A stretch of 64,000 nt of DNA from an uncultured Gemmatimonadales bacterium (GCA_963795085.1 CAWCFX010000006.1:96001-160000), one strand, 5' to 3'; positions 32,940 through 42,700 are shown, counted from the first letter of the stretch. A program made the numbers and translations. The notes: a model not told the origin generated them from the sequence alone.

Positions 32940-34291
32940 GGCGCCCACACCACCACCGGTTGGTGCCGGTTGACATAAGTGTTGTCCCCCAGCTGGCCGT
33001 AGAAGTTTGCGCCCCAGCAGTACACCACTCCGGTCACCGCGATGGCGCAGGTATGGGCCCCCCCAGCGGCAATCGACGCAAATCGATGACCTCCGGCCAC
33101 CGCGACCGGGCCGGTGGGAACGATCGTGGTCCCATCGCCCAACTGGCCGACGTAATTGTCGCCCCAGCACCAGGCGTCGCCCTGACCGGTCAATCCGCAG
33201 GCGTGTGCCGCCCCCGCGGTGAGTGTGGTAAAACGATGGCCCCCGCTGACCGGGACGGGTACCAGACTGCCACCTGGGCCTCCATCCCCGAGTTGCCCGC
33301 TGTAGTTCTCACCCCAGCACCAGGCCTCGCCGGCAATCACCACGCCGCAACTGAACTGGTATCCTGCCTCGAGGGCGGTGAACCTGAGCCCCCCGGCCAC
33401 CGCAACGGGAGCGGTCTGAAAGTTGGTGGTTCCATCGCCCAGCTGACCGGAATAGTTTGCGCCCCAGCACCACGCCGTGCCGTTCGCAGAGAGGCCGCAG
33501 GCGTAGCTGTCACCGAGGTCGAGCGACACCAGCGCGGGAGGTCCGGCAAAGCCCCCGATGAAACCGGATCCCCAGCAATGCACCCCTGCGGCAACGATCC
33601 CGCAGGAACTGCTGCCCCCGGTCGCGATGCTGGTCATGGTGAGTGCGGACATTATTCTGGTCGGGGTGATCCGGTGTGCGCTGGTACCGTCACCCAGCTG
33701 GCCGTTCCAGTTGCTGCCCCAGCAGTACCCGGCGCCCCCCGCCAGCCCGCACGCGTGGGAACCGTACGGGCTGGCGGCCGCGAGGCTCGACCAGGTATGG
33801 GCCCCGGCCAGCGGCATGGGTCGGGGAACACTGCCTCCGACAAGACCAATCCCGAGGTTTCCGTAGAAGTTGCTTCCCCAGCAATAGCCTGCCCCCTGCG
33901 TCCCCAGGGCGCATGAAAAATCGCCGCCGAGCGACAGGCGGGCCGCCCGCAGGGGGGCGATAACCGCCAGCCCGGCACTGTCGGCGTGGGAACCGCTGGC
34001 GGCGTACAGGAATGTCTGCCCCGGTCCAACCCCGCGTACGAGGCCGCCCCGGTCCACCGTCGCCACGGAAGGGTCACCGGTGGCCCACTCGATCCGCTGG
34101 GTAAGCACGTTCTCCCCGTTGGCGTCGAGAGCGGCGGCGACCAGCCGGAGGGTGTCTCCCACCAGGAGCGATCCGGTGGCGGGGGCCACCACCACGCTGG
34201 CGACGTCTCCGCCCGGACCCACGACGACTTCGTCGCAGGCGCCGAGGGCGAGCCCAGCGAGCAGTGCATGCAGGAGCGGCTGTCTGGGCAT
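32936..34291 (-). CDS. Lipoprotein with Ig-like (Big_2) domain and 7 RCC1/BLIP-II repeats
   Basis: Lipobox LALGAC; W..GDPSVATVD..GLV; 7 CWG repeats, most followed by N..GQLG. Confidence 0.88.
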   Translation of the reverse strand: MPRQPLLHALLAGLALGACDEVVVGPGGDVASVVVAPATGSLLVGDTLRLVAAALDANGENVLTQRIEWATGDPSVATVDRGGLVRGVGPGQTFLYAASGSHADSAGLAVIAPLRAARLSLGGDFSCALGTQGAGYCWGSNFYGNLGIGLVGGSVPRPMPLAGAHTWSSLAAASPYGSHACGLAGGAGYCWGSNWNGQLGDGTSAHRITPTRIMSALTMTSIATGGSSSCGIVAAGVHCWGSGFIGGFAGPPALVSLDLGDSYACGLSANGTAWCWGANYSGQLGDGTTNFQTAPVAVAGGLRFTALEAGYQFSCGVVIAGEAWCWGENYSGQLGDGGPGGSLVPVPVSGGHRFTTLTAGAAHACGLTGQGDAWCWGDNYVGQLGDGTTIVPTGPVAVAGGHRFASIAAGGAHTCAIAVTGVVYCWGANFYGQLGDNTYVNRHQPVVVWAP

Positions 34292-34389
34292 GGCGTGCCC
34301 CACAATGGAAGGAACCCCGGGCGGCGGCCGCTGCCCGGGTTATGAGATTGGGGACGAGGACACCGGACGGCCCCGCACAGGGCCGGGCA

Positions 34390-35814
34390 TCACCCCATAC
34401 GCCATTTAGTCCCGCCCGGGGTGTCCTCCAGGACTACTCCCTTCGCGGTGAGTTCTGCCCGAATCGTATCGGCCTGGACGAAGTCCCGCTTCTTCTTGGC
34501 CTCCCGCCGCGCCTCGATCCGCTCCTCCACCCAGGCCCGGAGATCCTGGTCCACCGCCTTCTTGGCGGGAACGATATCGAGTACACCCGCCGCCCAGTGG
34601 AACGCCTCGGCCAACCGAGTGCTGCCGGCGTTCTGGTCCAACAGGCGGTTGGCCCCCGTGACAAAGGTGAACAGGGCGGCGACCGCCCTCGGTGCGTTGA
34701 GATCGTCGTTCATCGCGGCGGCAAACTCTTCCCGGAACTCGGTGGCCAGGCGGTCCGCGTCCGCGCCCGGGGCCGCCGTGCCGGACTCCGCCAAACGCCC
34801 CTGGAAATTGCCCAGCCGGGTGGCGCCCTCCCCCGCCGCTGCCAGCGCCTCGTCGGTCAGGTCCAGCTTCTGCCGGTAGTGGGTCTGGCACATGAGCAGC
34901 CGTATGGCCCCGGCATCCACCCCATCGTTCTGGAGATCGCGGGCCGTGGTGATGTTGCCGAACCGCTTGCTCATCTTGGTGCCACGGACGTTCAGAAACT
35001 CCCCGTGCAGCCAATGCCGGGCAAACTCGGCGCGCCCGGTGAAGGCGCAGCTCTGGGCGATCTCGTCCTCGTGGTGGGGAAAGATCAGGTCCACGCCACC
35101 GGCATGGATGTCCAGTACGTCCCCCCAGCCCCGCTTCCCCAGCAGGTCGAGCGCCATGGCCGAGCACTCCAGGTGCCACCCGGGACGGCCCCGGCCGAAC
35201 GGGGCGTCCCAGGCGGCCCCCACCTGTTCGTCGGTGGGCGAGGCAGCTTTCCAGAGTACGAAATCCCGGGCGTCCTCCTTCGCGTATTCGTCGCTGCTTA
35301 CCCGGCCGCTCGCGCCGGTGCGCAGTTCCCGCTGGTCCAGCCGGGAGAGACGTCCGTAGGCCGGAAACTTTTCGATGGAGAAGTACACCGAACCATCCTC
35401 GCCCCGGTAGGCGATGCCCTTGGCGAGAAGGCCCTCCACCAGCCGGATCATGGGAGGGATGTACTGGGTGGCGCGGGGGTACTCGTGGGCGGGCCGGATT
35501 CGGAGATAGTCACGGTCTTCGAAAAATGCCTGCGCGTACGGCTCCACGTGGTCCCGGAGGGAGAGGCCCTTCTCCGCCGCGGCCTTGATGGTGCGGTCGT
35601 CCACGTCGGTGAGATTCATGATGTGGTACACTTCGAACCCGCTCGCTTCCAGCCACCGCCGCAGCAGGTCCTCGAACAGAAAGGTCCGGAAGTTCCCGAT
35701 GTGGGCGTAGTTCCATACCGTGGGACCGCAGGTGTACATGGAGACCCGGCCCGGAGCGATCGGCGCCAGGGGTTCCACCCGCCGGGACAGCGTGTTGTAC
35801 AGGTGGAGGCTCAT
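34390..35814 (-). CDS. cysS: Cysteine--tRNA ligase
   Basis: YTCGPTV, HIGN, GRPGWHLECSAM, HAGGVDLIFPHHE, KMSK. Confidence 0.97.
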   Translation of the reverse strand: MSLHLYNTLSRRVEPLAPIAPGRVSMYTCGPTVWNYAHIGNFRTFLFEDLLRRWLEASGFEVYHIMNLTDVDDRTIKAAAEKGLSLRDHVEPYAQAFFEDRDYLRIRPAHEYPRATQYIPPMIRLVEGLLAKGIAYRGEDGSVYFSIEKFPAYGRLSRLDQRELRTGASGRVSSDEYAKEDARDFVLWKAASPTDEQVGAAWDAPFGRGRPGWHLECSAMALDLLGKRGWGDVLDIHAGGVDLIFPHHEDEIAQSCAFTGRAEFARHWLHGEFLNVRGTKMSKRFGNITTARDLQNDGVDAGAIRLLMCQTHYRQKLDLTDEALAAAGEGATRLGNFQGRLAESGTAAPGADADRLATEFREEFAAAMNDDLNAPRAVAALFTFVTGANRLLDQNAGSTRLAEAFHWAAGVLDIVPAKKAVDQDLRAWVEERIEARREAKKKRDFVQADTIRAELTAKGVVLEDTPGGTKWRMG

Positions 35815-36749
35815 CCGCCCTTCCGCTCCCCGCCCGGCTCACCGCCGCCAAACAACCGGGGAATTCGTTCGTCGTCGATTCGCAGGTGCATGGTGCGCTG
35901 GGGGAAGGGAATCTCGATGCCCTCCTGGTCCAGCCGGATCTTGATGCGGCGCCGGAATTCGCGGGCCACGTCCCACTGGGATCCTGGCACGGTACGCAGC
36001 AGCGTGCGGATGACGATCGCGTTGTCGCCCAGCGACTCGACGCCCGACACCTCGGGCGCGCCGTCCACCTTGTGCTTCCACTTGGGATCGGCGTACAGCT
36101 TCCCGGCCTCGTCCCGGAAGACGGCCAGGGCATGGTCAACGTCGGTCGCGTAGGCCACCCCTATTTCCATCACCGAGCGAGACCAGCCCCGGGTCCGGTT
36201 GGAGACCACCGCGATCTCCCCGTTCGGGATGGTATGCAGGATGCCCTCGAGATCGCGCAACTGGACCACCCGGAGCGTCATCCGCTCCACCACGCCCGCC
36301 TTTCCGGCGGCCATGATGATGTCCCCCACCGCGAACTGGTTCTCCAGCAGAATGAAGAACCCGGAGATGATGTCCTTCACCAGGCTCTGGGCGCCGAACG
36401 AGACCGCCAGTCCGAGGATGCCGGCGCCGGCCAGGATGGGGGTAATCGCCACGAACGTGTTGAAGGTGGCCAGGATCGCCACGACGAGGATCACCACCCG
36501 GCCAACGCTGCGCAGCAACTGGGCAACCGTCTGCCCCCGCTTTTCCCGGATGGTCAGGGTGCTGTCGTCGCCATCGTCCACCGACTTGATGATCCGGCGC
36601 GCCGCCATTCGGACCAGCTGGTTCCCGATCCAGGCACCGATCCAGATCAGCAGGACGGCGACCGCCTTGCGGGTCAGGACCGCGTACTCGACGTCGAAGA
36701 AATGCGCCAGGGACTCGACCAGGCTTCTCAGATCGAACAACTCGCTCAC
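35811..36749 (-). CDS. MscS-family mechanosensitive channel (YbiO-like)
   Basis: GAGILGLAVSFGAQSLVKDIISGFFIL.ENQF.VGD, IPNG, GIEIPFPQ; GTG start after gaggt. Confidence 0.92.
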   Translation of the reverse strand: MSELFDLRSLVESLAHFFDVEYAVLTRKAVAVLLIWIGAWIGNQLVRMAARRIIKSVDDGDDSTLTIREKRGQTVAQLLRSVGRVVILVVAILATFNTFVAITPILAGAGILGLAVSFGAQSLVKDIISGFFILLENQFAVGDIIMAAGKAGVVERMTLRVVQLRDLEGILHTIPNGEIAVVSNRTRGWSRSVMEIGVAYATDVDHALAVFRDEAGKLYADPKWKHKVDGAPEVSGVESLGDNAIVIRTLLRTVPGSQWDVAREFRRRIKIRLDQEGIEIPFPQRTMHLRIDDERIPRLFGGGEPGGERKGG

Positions 36750-36795
36750 TGCGCACACCTCATTTCGGGGAGAGCAAGGTGCGAAACCTATGCCC

Positions 36796-37503
36796 CTACG
36801 GGTGTGGAGGGTAGCCGCGAATCCGGCTGGACGGCGAGGCGGGCCGGCGGCCGTCCGGCCTGCATTGGAGCAGCGGATACCAGAGGACTGACCCGGTCAC
36901 CGGGATCCCCCCTTCCCGAAGCCGGCCGAGCACCTCCTCCGGGTGGCGCCCCTCGAGACGGACCTGGATGCCCTCCCGATCGGAGTGGTGGAGGGAACCG
37001 AGACCGTCCAGCAGGCGGGCGGCCCGCGCGGAATCGGGCAGCGCGATCGCCAGGGTGGCTGACGCCAGAACCTGACTTCGGTCGCTAATGCGAAGCAGAG
37101 TCTCCCGCACCAGCTGGATGATCCCACAGTGATCGGGCTGGGTATTCTGGCTGGGGGGATACACCTGGGGGGTTACGATGCGGTCGGCCCAGCCGAGGAG
37201 CGCTCCCGCCCGCCGGCTGGCCACGCCAACCCCACGGCTCCGCGGCAGCAGGCGGGCGATGAGGGCGCCGGTCGCGAAGGTTTTCGTCCCCGGGTCCAGC
37301 AACAGGTGGCAACACCGCCCATCCACGGCATGCCACGCGACTGGTTCATTTTGGGGAATCACCCGTACGCCCCTGCCCGCAGGGGCCGTCCAGTCTATCC
37401 ATGGGCTACCCAGAAAAAATCCGGTGACCAGGCCTGGTTCCAGCAGATGTGGCAGATCGTCCGGCTCACAGCGGCCGGCCGGCGCGGTTCGGGGTGCGCT
37501 CAT
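36796..37503 (-). CDS. Hypothetical protein
   Basis: Fits the intergenic space co-oriented with its neighbours. No intact motif; the C-terminus vaguely resembles ABC-ATPase tails. Confidence 0.45.
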   Translation of the reverse strand: MSAPRTAPAGRCEPDDLPHLLEPGLVTGFFLGSPWIDWTAPAGRGVRVIPQNEPVAWHAVDGRCCHLLLDPGTKTFATGALIARLLPRSRGVGVASRRAGALLGWADRIVTPQVYPPSQNTQPDHCGIIQLVRETLLRISDRSQVLASATLAIALPDSARAARLLDGLGSLHHSDREGIQVRLEGRHPEEVLGRLREGGIPVTGSVLWYPLLQCRPDGRRPASPSSRIRGYPPHP

Positions 37504-37603
37504 GCCCCACGATGTCCGCGCGGGCAGTCCGGTGTGGCATCAGAATCATGCGGACGGGATCAGAATCGCGCCGCCGCTCTGGGGACGGGCGAAAGTCGCG
37601 GGA

Positions 37604-38071
37604 TCAGCGCGGGAAGGCCCGCTTCCATTTTGGAATTGCGGCGCCGACCACCGCCCCCACGACCATGCCCGTTCCACCACCCAGAAGGCCGATGGTGACC
37701 TCGCTGTTGTCCCGACAGTCGAATTCGCAGACGGCATCGACGATGGACCCGAGGAAGATCCCGCTGGCCACGCCCAGGATCCCACCCACGATCGCCCCGG
37801 TCTTGATCCGGCGGCCCCGGACCCACAGGGTATCTACCGACCCAAGGGAAACCCGGCGGTCCCCGGAATCCGTCCGCAGCACCAGGTCCGGGCGCAATTG
37901 GCGCACCGTACCCGAGATCCGCCCGATCCCCGGACCGTGAATCCGGACAAGACGATCCGGCGTCAACAGCCGCGCGACCCCGGTATCGGATTGATTCTCC
38001 TGCGCCGCGATCCGGCCCGAGAGGGCCGCTATGAGGCTGAACCCCACCCACACCGCGCGTCCTATCGCCAT
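37604..38071 (-). CDS. Secreted/membrane hypothetical protein with glycine-zipper helices
   Basis: Signal-like N-terminus; GAIVGGILGVASG and GMVVGAVVGA. Confidence 0.7.
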   Translation of the reverse strand: MAIGRAVWVGFSLIAALSGRIAAQENQSDTGVARLLTPDRLVRIHGPGIGRISGTVRQLRPDLVLRTDSGDRRVSLGSVDTLWVRGRRIKTGAIVGGILGVASGIFLGSIVDAVCEFDCRDNSEVTIGLLGGGTGMVVGAVVGAAIPKWKRAFPR

Positions 38072-38565
38072 GTGAACCTCATTCCCCCGGTGAGGGTGAG
38101 AAACGTCCATTTGTTACTACCGGGTCCCAGGCGTTGCAGGTTCTCATAGGCCCGGGCCTCCACCGTAAAGGTGGTCAAGCCTGAACCGATCGGCACACCC
38201 ACGCCCAGGCTCCCGGTCAGGAGGTTGGTTCCCAGGTCGGCGCCTTTCCACTGGGTGCCGCCCAGGCTGGCGATGAGGTAGGGCCGAAACCCCTGCCCTT
38301 GCCTGGCCAGGTGCAGCCGAGCCACACCGGCGAGCCCGGACACCCGGACCCCACCCGGGAAGAAGAGCACTTCGGGCCCGAAGGAAAGCGAGGACGCCAC
38401 GAACGCGAAACTGGCCGATCCGCCCGCCCGCACCGGTAGCCCACCCGCCTCCACCCCGCTGGCCATCCCGGCATTGACGCGGACTTCTCCGATCTGGGCA
38501 GCGGCGGGTGGGCTCATCAGCCCCCACGGAACACCGGCGAGCAGAATGGCAAGCTGAGTTCTCAT
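38062..38565 (-). CDS. Putative small outer-membrane beta-barrel protein
   Basis: Signal peptide ...AAA-Q; amphipathic strands RPYL..SLG, VEAR; C-terminal GMRFTW. Confidence 0.65.
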   Translation of the reverse strand: MRTQLAILLAGVPWGLMSPPAAAQIGEVRVNAGMASGVEAGGLPVRAGGSASFAFVASSLSFGPEVLFFPGGVRVSGLAGVARLHLARQGQGFRPYLIASLGGTQWKGADLGTNLLTGSLGVGVPIGSGLTTFTVEARAYENLQRLGPGSNKWTFLTLTGGMRFTWR

Positions 38566-38724
38566 GTCACTTACGCTCGATCTTGATGAAGAACCCGCCG
38601 GGCGATGCCTTCACGCGGTTTTCACGCGCCCGGCCTATTATTCATGGCCTACGCTACAGCCGGAACCTGCCGGCCGGCCGTGGCGCAGCCGTGACCTGGC
38701 CGGTCCATCCTCAAGGAGGCGCGT

Positions 38725-39192
38725 GTGGATCTCAGTCCCGCTCACATCCACCTGATGTTCAACCATATCCCGGTGCTGGGACCCTGGTTTCTCGCCCTGC
38801 TCTTCGCGTTCGGACTGGTCCGCAAGTCTCCCGACCTGCTTCGCGCCGCCATGCTGCTGACGGTACTGCTGGCCGGCACGACCGGATTGGTCTTTCTGAC
38901 CGGCGAACCGGCTGAGCACCAGGTCGAGGAACAGGCCTGGTTCGATGAGGACCGGGTGCACGAGCACGAGGAGCGGGCCGAGGCCGGGCTGATCGCCACC
39001 GCCATCACCGGAGTTCTCGCCCTGGTGGGGCTGGTGCTGGCGCGGAAGGGCAGACCCCTGCACCGGGGCCTGGTCCTCATGGTGCTGGCGGCGACCCTGA
39101 TCACCGGCGGACTCTTCGGGTGGACAGCCCTGGCCGGAGGCGAAATTCGCCATGACGAGGTTCGCCCCCCAGGGCATAGTGTCCGCGTCTGA
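38725..39192 (+). CDS. Four-TM membrane protein (DUF2231-like, His-containing)
   Basis: HL..NH.P, TGE.AE, HE..A, TA..GG.IRH.E pattern; aggagg RBS. Confidence 0.7.
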   Translation: MDLSPAHIHLMFNHIPVLGPWFLALLFAFGLVRKSPDLLRAAMLLTVLLAGTTGLVFLTGEPAEHQVEEQAWFDEDRVHEHEERAEAGLIATAITGVLALVGLVLARKGRPLHRGLVLMVLAATLITGGLFGWTALAGGEIRHDEVRPPGHSVRV

Positions 39193-39213
39193 CCCGCCGG
39201 GTCCCGGGGATCC

Positions 39214-39783
39214 GTGACGCGGGAAATTCTCTGGCGCCGGCTGGACCGGCCGGGGATGGAGGCGGCCAGCCTGTCCCGGCGCGGGGCGAACTGGAATCTC
39301 CAGGGCACCGTGCTGGTGGAGGAATCGGGACGGCCCTGCCGGCTCGACTATGCGGTCGTCTGTGACCGCGAGTGGCGCACCCAGTGGGCCCGGGTCAGCG
39401 GCTGGATCGGTTCGGCGCTGGTGACCCAGCGACTGGCCCGGAGCCCGTCCGGCGAGTGGCGCCAGAACGGCGAAGTGCGCGCCGGGGTGCTGGGGTGCGT
39501 GGACCTCGATCTTGCGTTCTCTCCTGCCACCAACCTTCTCCCCATCAGGCGGCTGGCCCTTGCGGTGGGAGCCGGAGAAACGGTCCGCGCCGCCTGGCTC
39601 CGCTTTCCGGATTTTCAACTGGTGCCGCTGGAACAGCGCTATACCAGGACCGGCGAGCAGGAGTACCGGTATGAGAGCGGAAATGGCGCGTTCACCGCCG
39701 GCATCTCGGTTGACGGCGACGGACTGGTGGTACGCTATGGAGCCCTGTGGGTCGCTGAGCCGCTCCGCCCGCCGGGCACCTAG
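39214..39783 (+). CDS. Putative glycolipid-binding domain protein
   Basis: GCVDLDLAFSPATNLLPIRRL, LEQRYTR, VD.DGLV. Confidence 0.8.
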   Translation: MTREILWRRLDRPGMEAASLSRRGANWNLQGTVLVEESGRPCRLDYAVVCDREWRTQWARVSGWIGSALVTQRLARSPSGEWRQNGEVRAGVLGCVDLDLAFSPATNLLPIRRLALAVGAGETVRAAWLRFPDFQLVPLEQRYTRTGEQEYRYESGNGAFTAGISVDGDGLVVRYGALWVAEPLRPPGT

Positions 39784-39784
39784 C

Positions 39785-40255
39785 GTGGGCAAGGCCAGCG
39801 CCGGTGTCCTGCTCTTCCGAAGACGCGGCCCCGACCTCGAAGTCCTGCTGGTCCACCCGGGCGGTCCCTTCTGGGCCAGGAAAGACGCGGGCGCCTGGTC
39901 GATACCCAAGGGTGTGATCGAGGGGGAAGAGGATCCCGAACAGGCGGCGTTCCGGGAACTGAGGGAAGAAACCGGGTGGGACCTCGCGGGCGATCCGATC
40001 CGCCTGGAGCCGGTCCGGCAGGCCGGGGGCAAAGTGGTTCACGCCTGGGGACTGGAGACCGATGTGGATTCCTCGAGCTGCCGCAGCAACACCTTTCAGA
40101 TGGAGTGGCCGCCCCGTTCGGGCCGGCAGCAGGAGTTCCCGGAAGTGGACCGGGCCGGCTGGTTCTCGCTCAGTGAGGCCCGGGCCAGGATTCTGCCCGG
40201 CCAGATCCCGTTGCTCGACGACCTCGCCACCAGGCTCAGACATCCCCCCAAGTGA
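39785..40255 (+). CDS. NUDIX hydrolase (COG4119-like)
   Basis: LLVHPGGPFW..KD.GAWSIPKG, AFRELREETG Nudix box, EWPPRSG, FPEVDRA. Confidence 0.9.
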   Translation: MGKASAGVLLFRRRGPDLEVLLVHPGGPFWARKDAGAWSIPKGVIEGEEDPEQAAFRELREETGWDLAGDPIRLEPVRQAGGKVVHAWGLETDVDSSSCRSNTFQMEWPPRSGRQQEFPEVDRAGWFSLSEARARILPGQIPLLDDLATRLRHPPK

Positions 40256-40268
40256 GCCGCCCACCGGC

Positions 40269-41348
40269 TCAGGACCGCGGCGCCCCCTTCTTGCTGCTCT
40301 CCGAGCGAGCCTTGATAATCGCGTCCACCAGCGGGGCCTGGTCGAACCGAACCGGGTCAGTGGCCGGGAGGCCGGTGTCCCGGGCTGCCTTCTCGCAGGC
40401 CGCCCGGGCTTCCTCCTCGGTCATGTCAAAAGTGTTGAGGCAGATCCCGATCACCCGCGTGGGATGCACCGCGGAGCCGATGGCTTCGTACCAGCGGATG
40501 TAGTCGGTCAGGGGCGGGATACGGAGCCACGAGGCCTCCCGGTAATCTCCGATATACTCCCGGCTGGCCTGGTGGCAGAGGATGAGCGCGTCGGGACAGG
40601 AGCCATGCAGGAGCCCAACCGTGACGGCCGAGTAGCCGGGATGGTTGATACTCCCCTGTCCTTCGACCAGCACGATATCCGCGTTCTTGGCGCCTTCCAG
40701 GACCAGCATCTCCGCTGCCCCGTTCACGAAGTCGGAGACCACGGCATCCACCGCGATGCCCCAGCCTTCGATCATGATCCCGGTCTGGCCGGTCGCCACG
40801 AACCGGGTCCGGATGCCGCGCCGGTTCAGGTCGCTGGCCAACTGGAGCTGGGCGGTCATCTTGCCCACGTTGCAGTCGGTTCCCACCGCCGTCACCACGA
40901 ACGCGTCCACTTCTTTCGCCGCGCCGGAGGCCACCGGGATCTCCGCCGGCGGCTTTCGCAGGTCAAAGAGCCGGGTCCCCTTCTGCTCGGCCTTGGCCAC
41001 CAGCATGGGATCGTCGGTGAGGAATGTGTGCAGGCCGCTCCAGAGGTCGCACCCGGCGGCGATCGCTTCCGCCAGCCAGCCCCGCCACTTCTCGGGCAGT
41101 TTCCCGCCCGCCGGGGCGATGCCGATCAGGACCGCGGTCGGCTTCAGGGCCAGCCCTTCGGCCATGGTGGCGACCACCGGGATGGTGCCGCCGAATCCCA
41201 GGACCTGCTGGACGGTCTTGCCCGCCTGCAAGTGATCCACCACGGCCAGCGTCTGCTCGGGCCGGTAGCGGATGACCGAGTTGGCGGTCTTGGAGGTCAG
41301 CGGGCCGAAGTCGCCGTCGGCGAGAATGACGAAGCGGGGCAAGGACAT
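40269..41348 (-). CDS. DUF1611 domain-containing protein
   Basis: KTA, GIAPAGG, SGLH, VGTDCNVGKMT, ATGQTGI, VEGQGS..HP.YS.V. Start trimmed to MSLPRF. Confidence 0.9.
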   Translation of the reverse strand: MSLPRFVILADGDFGPLTSKTANSVIRYRPEQTLAVVDHLQAGKTVQQVLGFGGTIPVVATMAEGLALKPTAVLIGIAPAGGKLPEKWRGWLAEAIAAGCDLWSGLHTFLTDDPMLVAKAEQKGTRLFDLRKPPAEIPVASGAAKEVDAFVVTAVGTDCNVGKMTAQLQLASDLNRRGIRTRFVATGQTGIMIEGWGIAVDAVVSDFVNGAAEMLVLEGAKNADIVLVEGQGSINHPGYSAVTVGLLHGSCPDALILCHQASREYIGDYREASWLRIPPLTDYIRWYEAIGSAVHPTRVIGICLNTFDMTEEEARAACEKAARDTGLPATDPVRFDQAPLVDAIIKARSESSKKGAPRS

Positions 41349-41539
41349 TGAGGGAATTAGGGAATTGAGGGAATGTTGGAATTGAGGGAATGTTGGAATT
41401 GAGGGAATGTTGGAATTGAGGGAATGTTGGAATTTGAGGGAAATGTTGGAATTGAGGGAATGTTGGAATTGAGTTGAGCCTCTCAAATTCCACAATTCCC
41501 TCAATTCCCCCATTCCTTCAATTCCCTAATTCCCTCAAT
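41347..41539. repeat. Inverted tandem-repeat element: six ~17-bp GGAATTGAGGGAATGTT units bounded by a perfect 22-bp inverted repeat
   Basis: attgagggaattagggaattga (41347-41368) is the exact reverse complement of 41518-41539. Confidence 0.92.
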
Positions 41540-41540
41540 T

Positions 41541-42302
41541 CTAATCTTTCCCATCCTCCAGCAGTTCGGCATCGTGAATGGTTTCACCGCCCTTGCCGAG
41601 CTGCCGGGCCTTTTCGCCGCTGCCGGGCTTGAGGACGCCCATCTTCATTTTCAGTTCGATGAGTTGCTGGTCCGAGCTGCCCTTGTACTCCAGCGACTCG
41701 AACTGGCGGGCCAGGGCGTCGCCGGAGAACTCCTCCTGGAGTTCCGCGGCCGCGATGGCCTTGCGTTCGTTGGCTTCGATCTTCTCCGCCATGCGCTCGA
41801 ACCCTTCGAAGGCGCTCTTGTCGGAGAGCCCCGACATGGTCTCCTGGATGCGCTGCTGGGCTTCCGCCCGGCGGGCCCGGGCGACCAGGATGTTCTTCTT
41901 GCGCTTGGCCTCTTCAATCTTGTCGTTCAGCTGGCGAAGACTGTTCTTGAGGTTCTCGGTCTCCGCCTTGTGCTTGAGCCAGGTCTCATGCAGCGTCTGG
42001 GCGCCCTGCAGTGACTCGTTGTAGCGGACCAGCGCCTGCTTGGCCAGGTCGTCCCGGCCCTCCTGGACGGCAAGCATGGCGCGGCGCTCCCAGTCTTCCG
42101 CCTGTTTCTTGAGCTGCTCGGCGTCAGCCTGGAGCTTTTTCTCGTCGGCGATGGAGGAGGCAACCTGCTGCTTCGCCTTGGCCAGCTGGCCTTTCATATC
42201 GATGATCAGCTGGTTCAGCATCTTCTCGGGATTTTCCGCCCGGGAGATCAGGTCGTTGATGTTCGACCGGAGCATCGTGGACAAACGGTCAAAAATCCCC
42301 AT
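41541..42302 (-). CDS. pspA: PspA/IM30 family protein
   Basis: MGIFDRL...NDLI.RAENPEKMLNQLI.DM, W..RA..A...GRDDLAKQAL, FERM.EKI. Confidence 0.95.
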   Translation of the reverse strand: MGIFDRLSTMLRSNINDLISRAENPEKMLNQLIIDMKGQLAKAKQQVASSIADEKKLQADAEQLKKQAEDWERRAMLAVQEGRDDLAKQALVRYNESLQGAQTLHETWLKHKAETENLKNSLRQLNDKIEEAKRKKNILVARARRAEAQQRIQETMSGLSDKSAFEGFERMAEKIEANERKAIAAAELQEEFSGDALARQFESLEYKGSSDQQLIELKMKMGVLKPGSGEKARQLGKGGETIHDAELLEDGKD

Positions 42303-42304
42303 TG

Positions 42305-42700
42305 CTACTTCTCCCGGTAGGGCGCGAGGGCGCCGAGATGTGAGGCAAGCGCCAGGGTGAGGGAATCGAAGCTGGCTTCAAACTCGCTGTAGTCCAGATC
42401 TTCCAGTTCCAGGGTGTCGGTCAGGACGACATGGTCGCCTTCCAGTCCGTACGACCCGTGGACCAGGTCGCGGGCATTCAGTTCGAGCAGCTGGCGGAAC
42501 AGTTCCCCGCGGCGCGGCTCGGCCGCCGGGAGCTCCATGACGCGCACCCGCAGGATGACCACGGGAGGGGCGCAATGCACCACCACCTCGGCGTCGTGGG
42601 GCGTACGGGCAATCCAGAGGCCGGGTTCCACCTCGGTGGATTCGACCGTCCCGCTGTCAAGCCGGCCCAGGAAGGACTCAATGTCATCTCGGGTCACCAT
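42305..42700 (-). CDS. CesT/YbjN-like type III secretion chaperone-fold protein
   Basis: Acidic 131 aa; LFRQLLELNA..LVHGSYGL....VVL...LELEDLD..EF pattern. Confidence 0.8.
   Translation of the reverse strand: MVTRDDIESFLGRLDSGTVESTEVEPGLWIARTPHDAEVVVHCAPPVVILRVRVMELPAAEPRRGELFRQLLELNARDLVHGSYGLEGDHVVLTDTLELEDLDYSEFEASFDSLTLALASHLGALAPYREK

Noticed and set aside
30343..34300. tRNA-anchored genomic island or diversity-generating retroelement target
   Set aside because: The genes lie on the 5' side of the tRNAs. No integrase, att duplication, reverse transcriptase or template repeat was seen.
36796..37503. Degenerate ABC ATPase
   Set aside because: No Walker A or signature motif is recognisable, so it is left as hypothetical.
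41349..41513. Repetitive N-terminal extension of the DUF1611 ORF (FQHSLNSNI...)
   Set aside because: It is a translation of the non-coding repeat element.
41347..41539. Possible CRISPR array
   Set aside because: Units are directly adjacent with no unique spacers, and there are no cas genes.
42305..42700. Type III secretion system inferred from the CesT-like gene
   Set aside because: No injectisome genes are in the window, and this fold also occurs outside T3SS.
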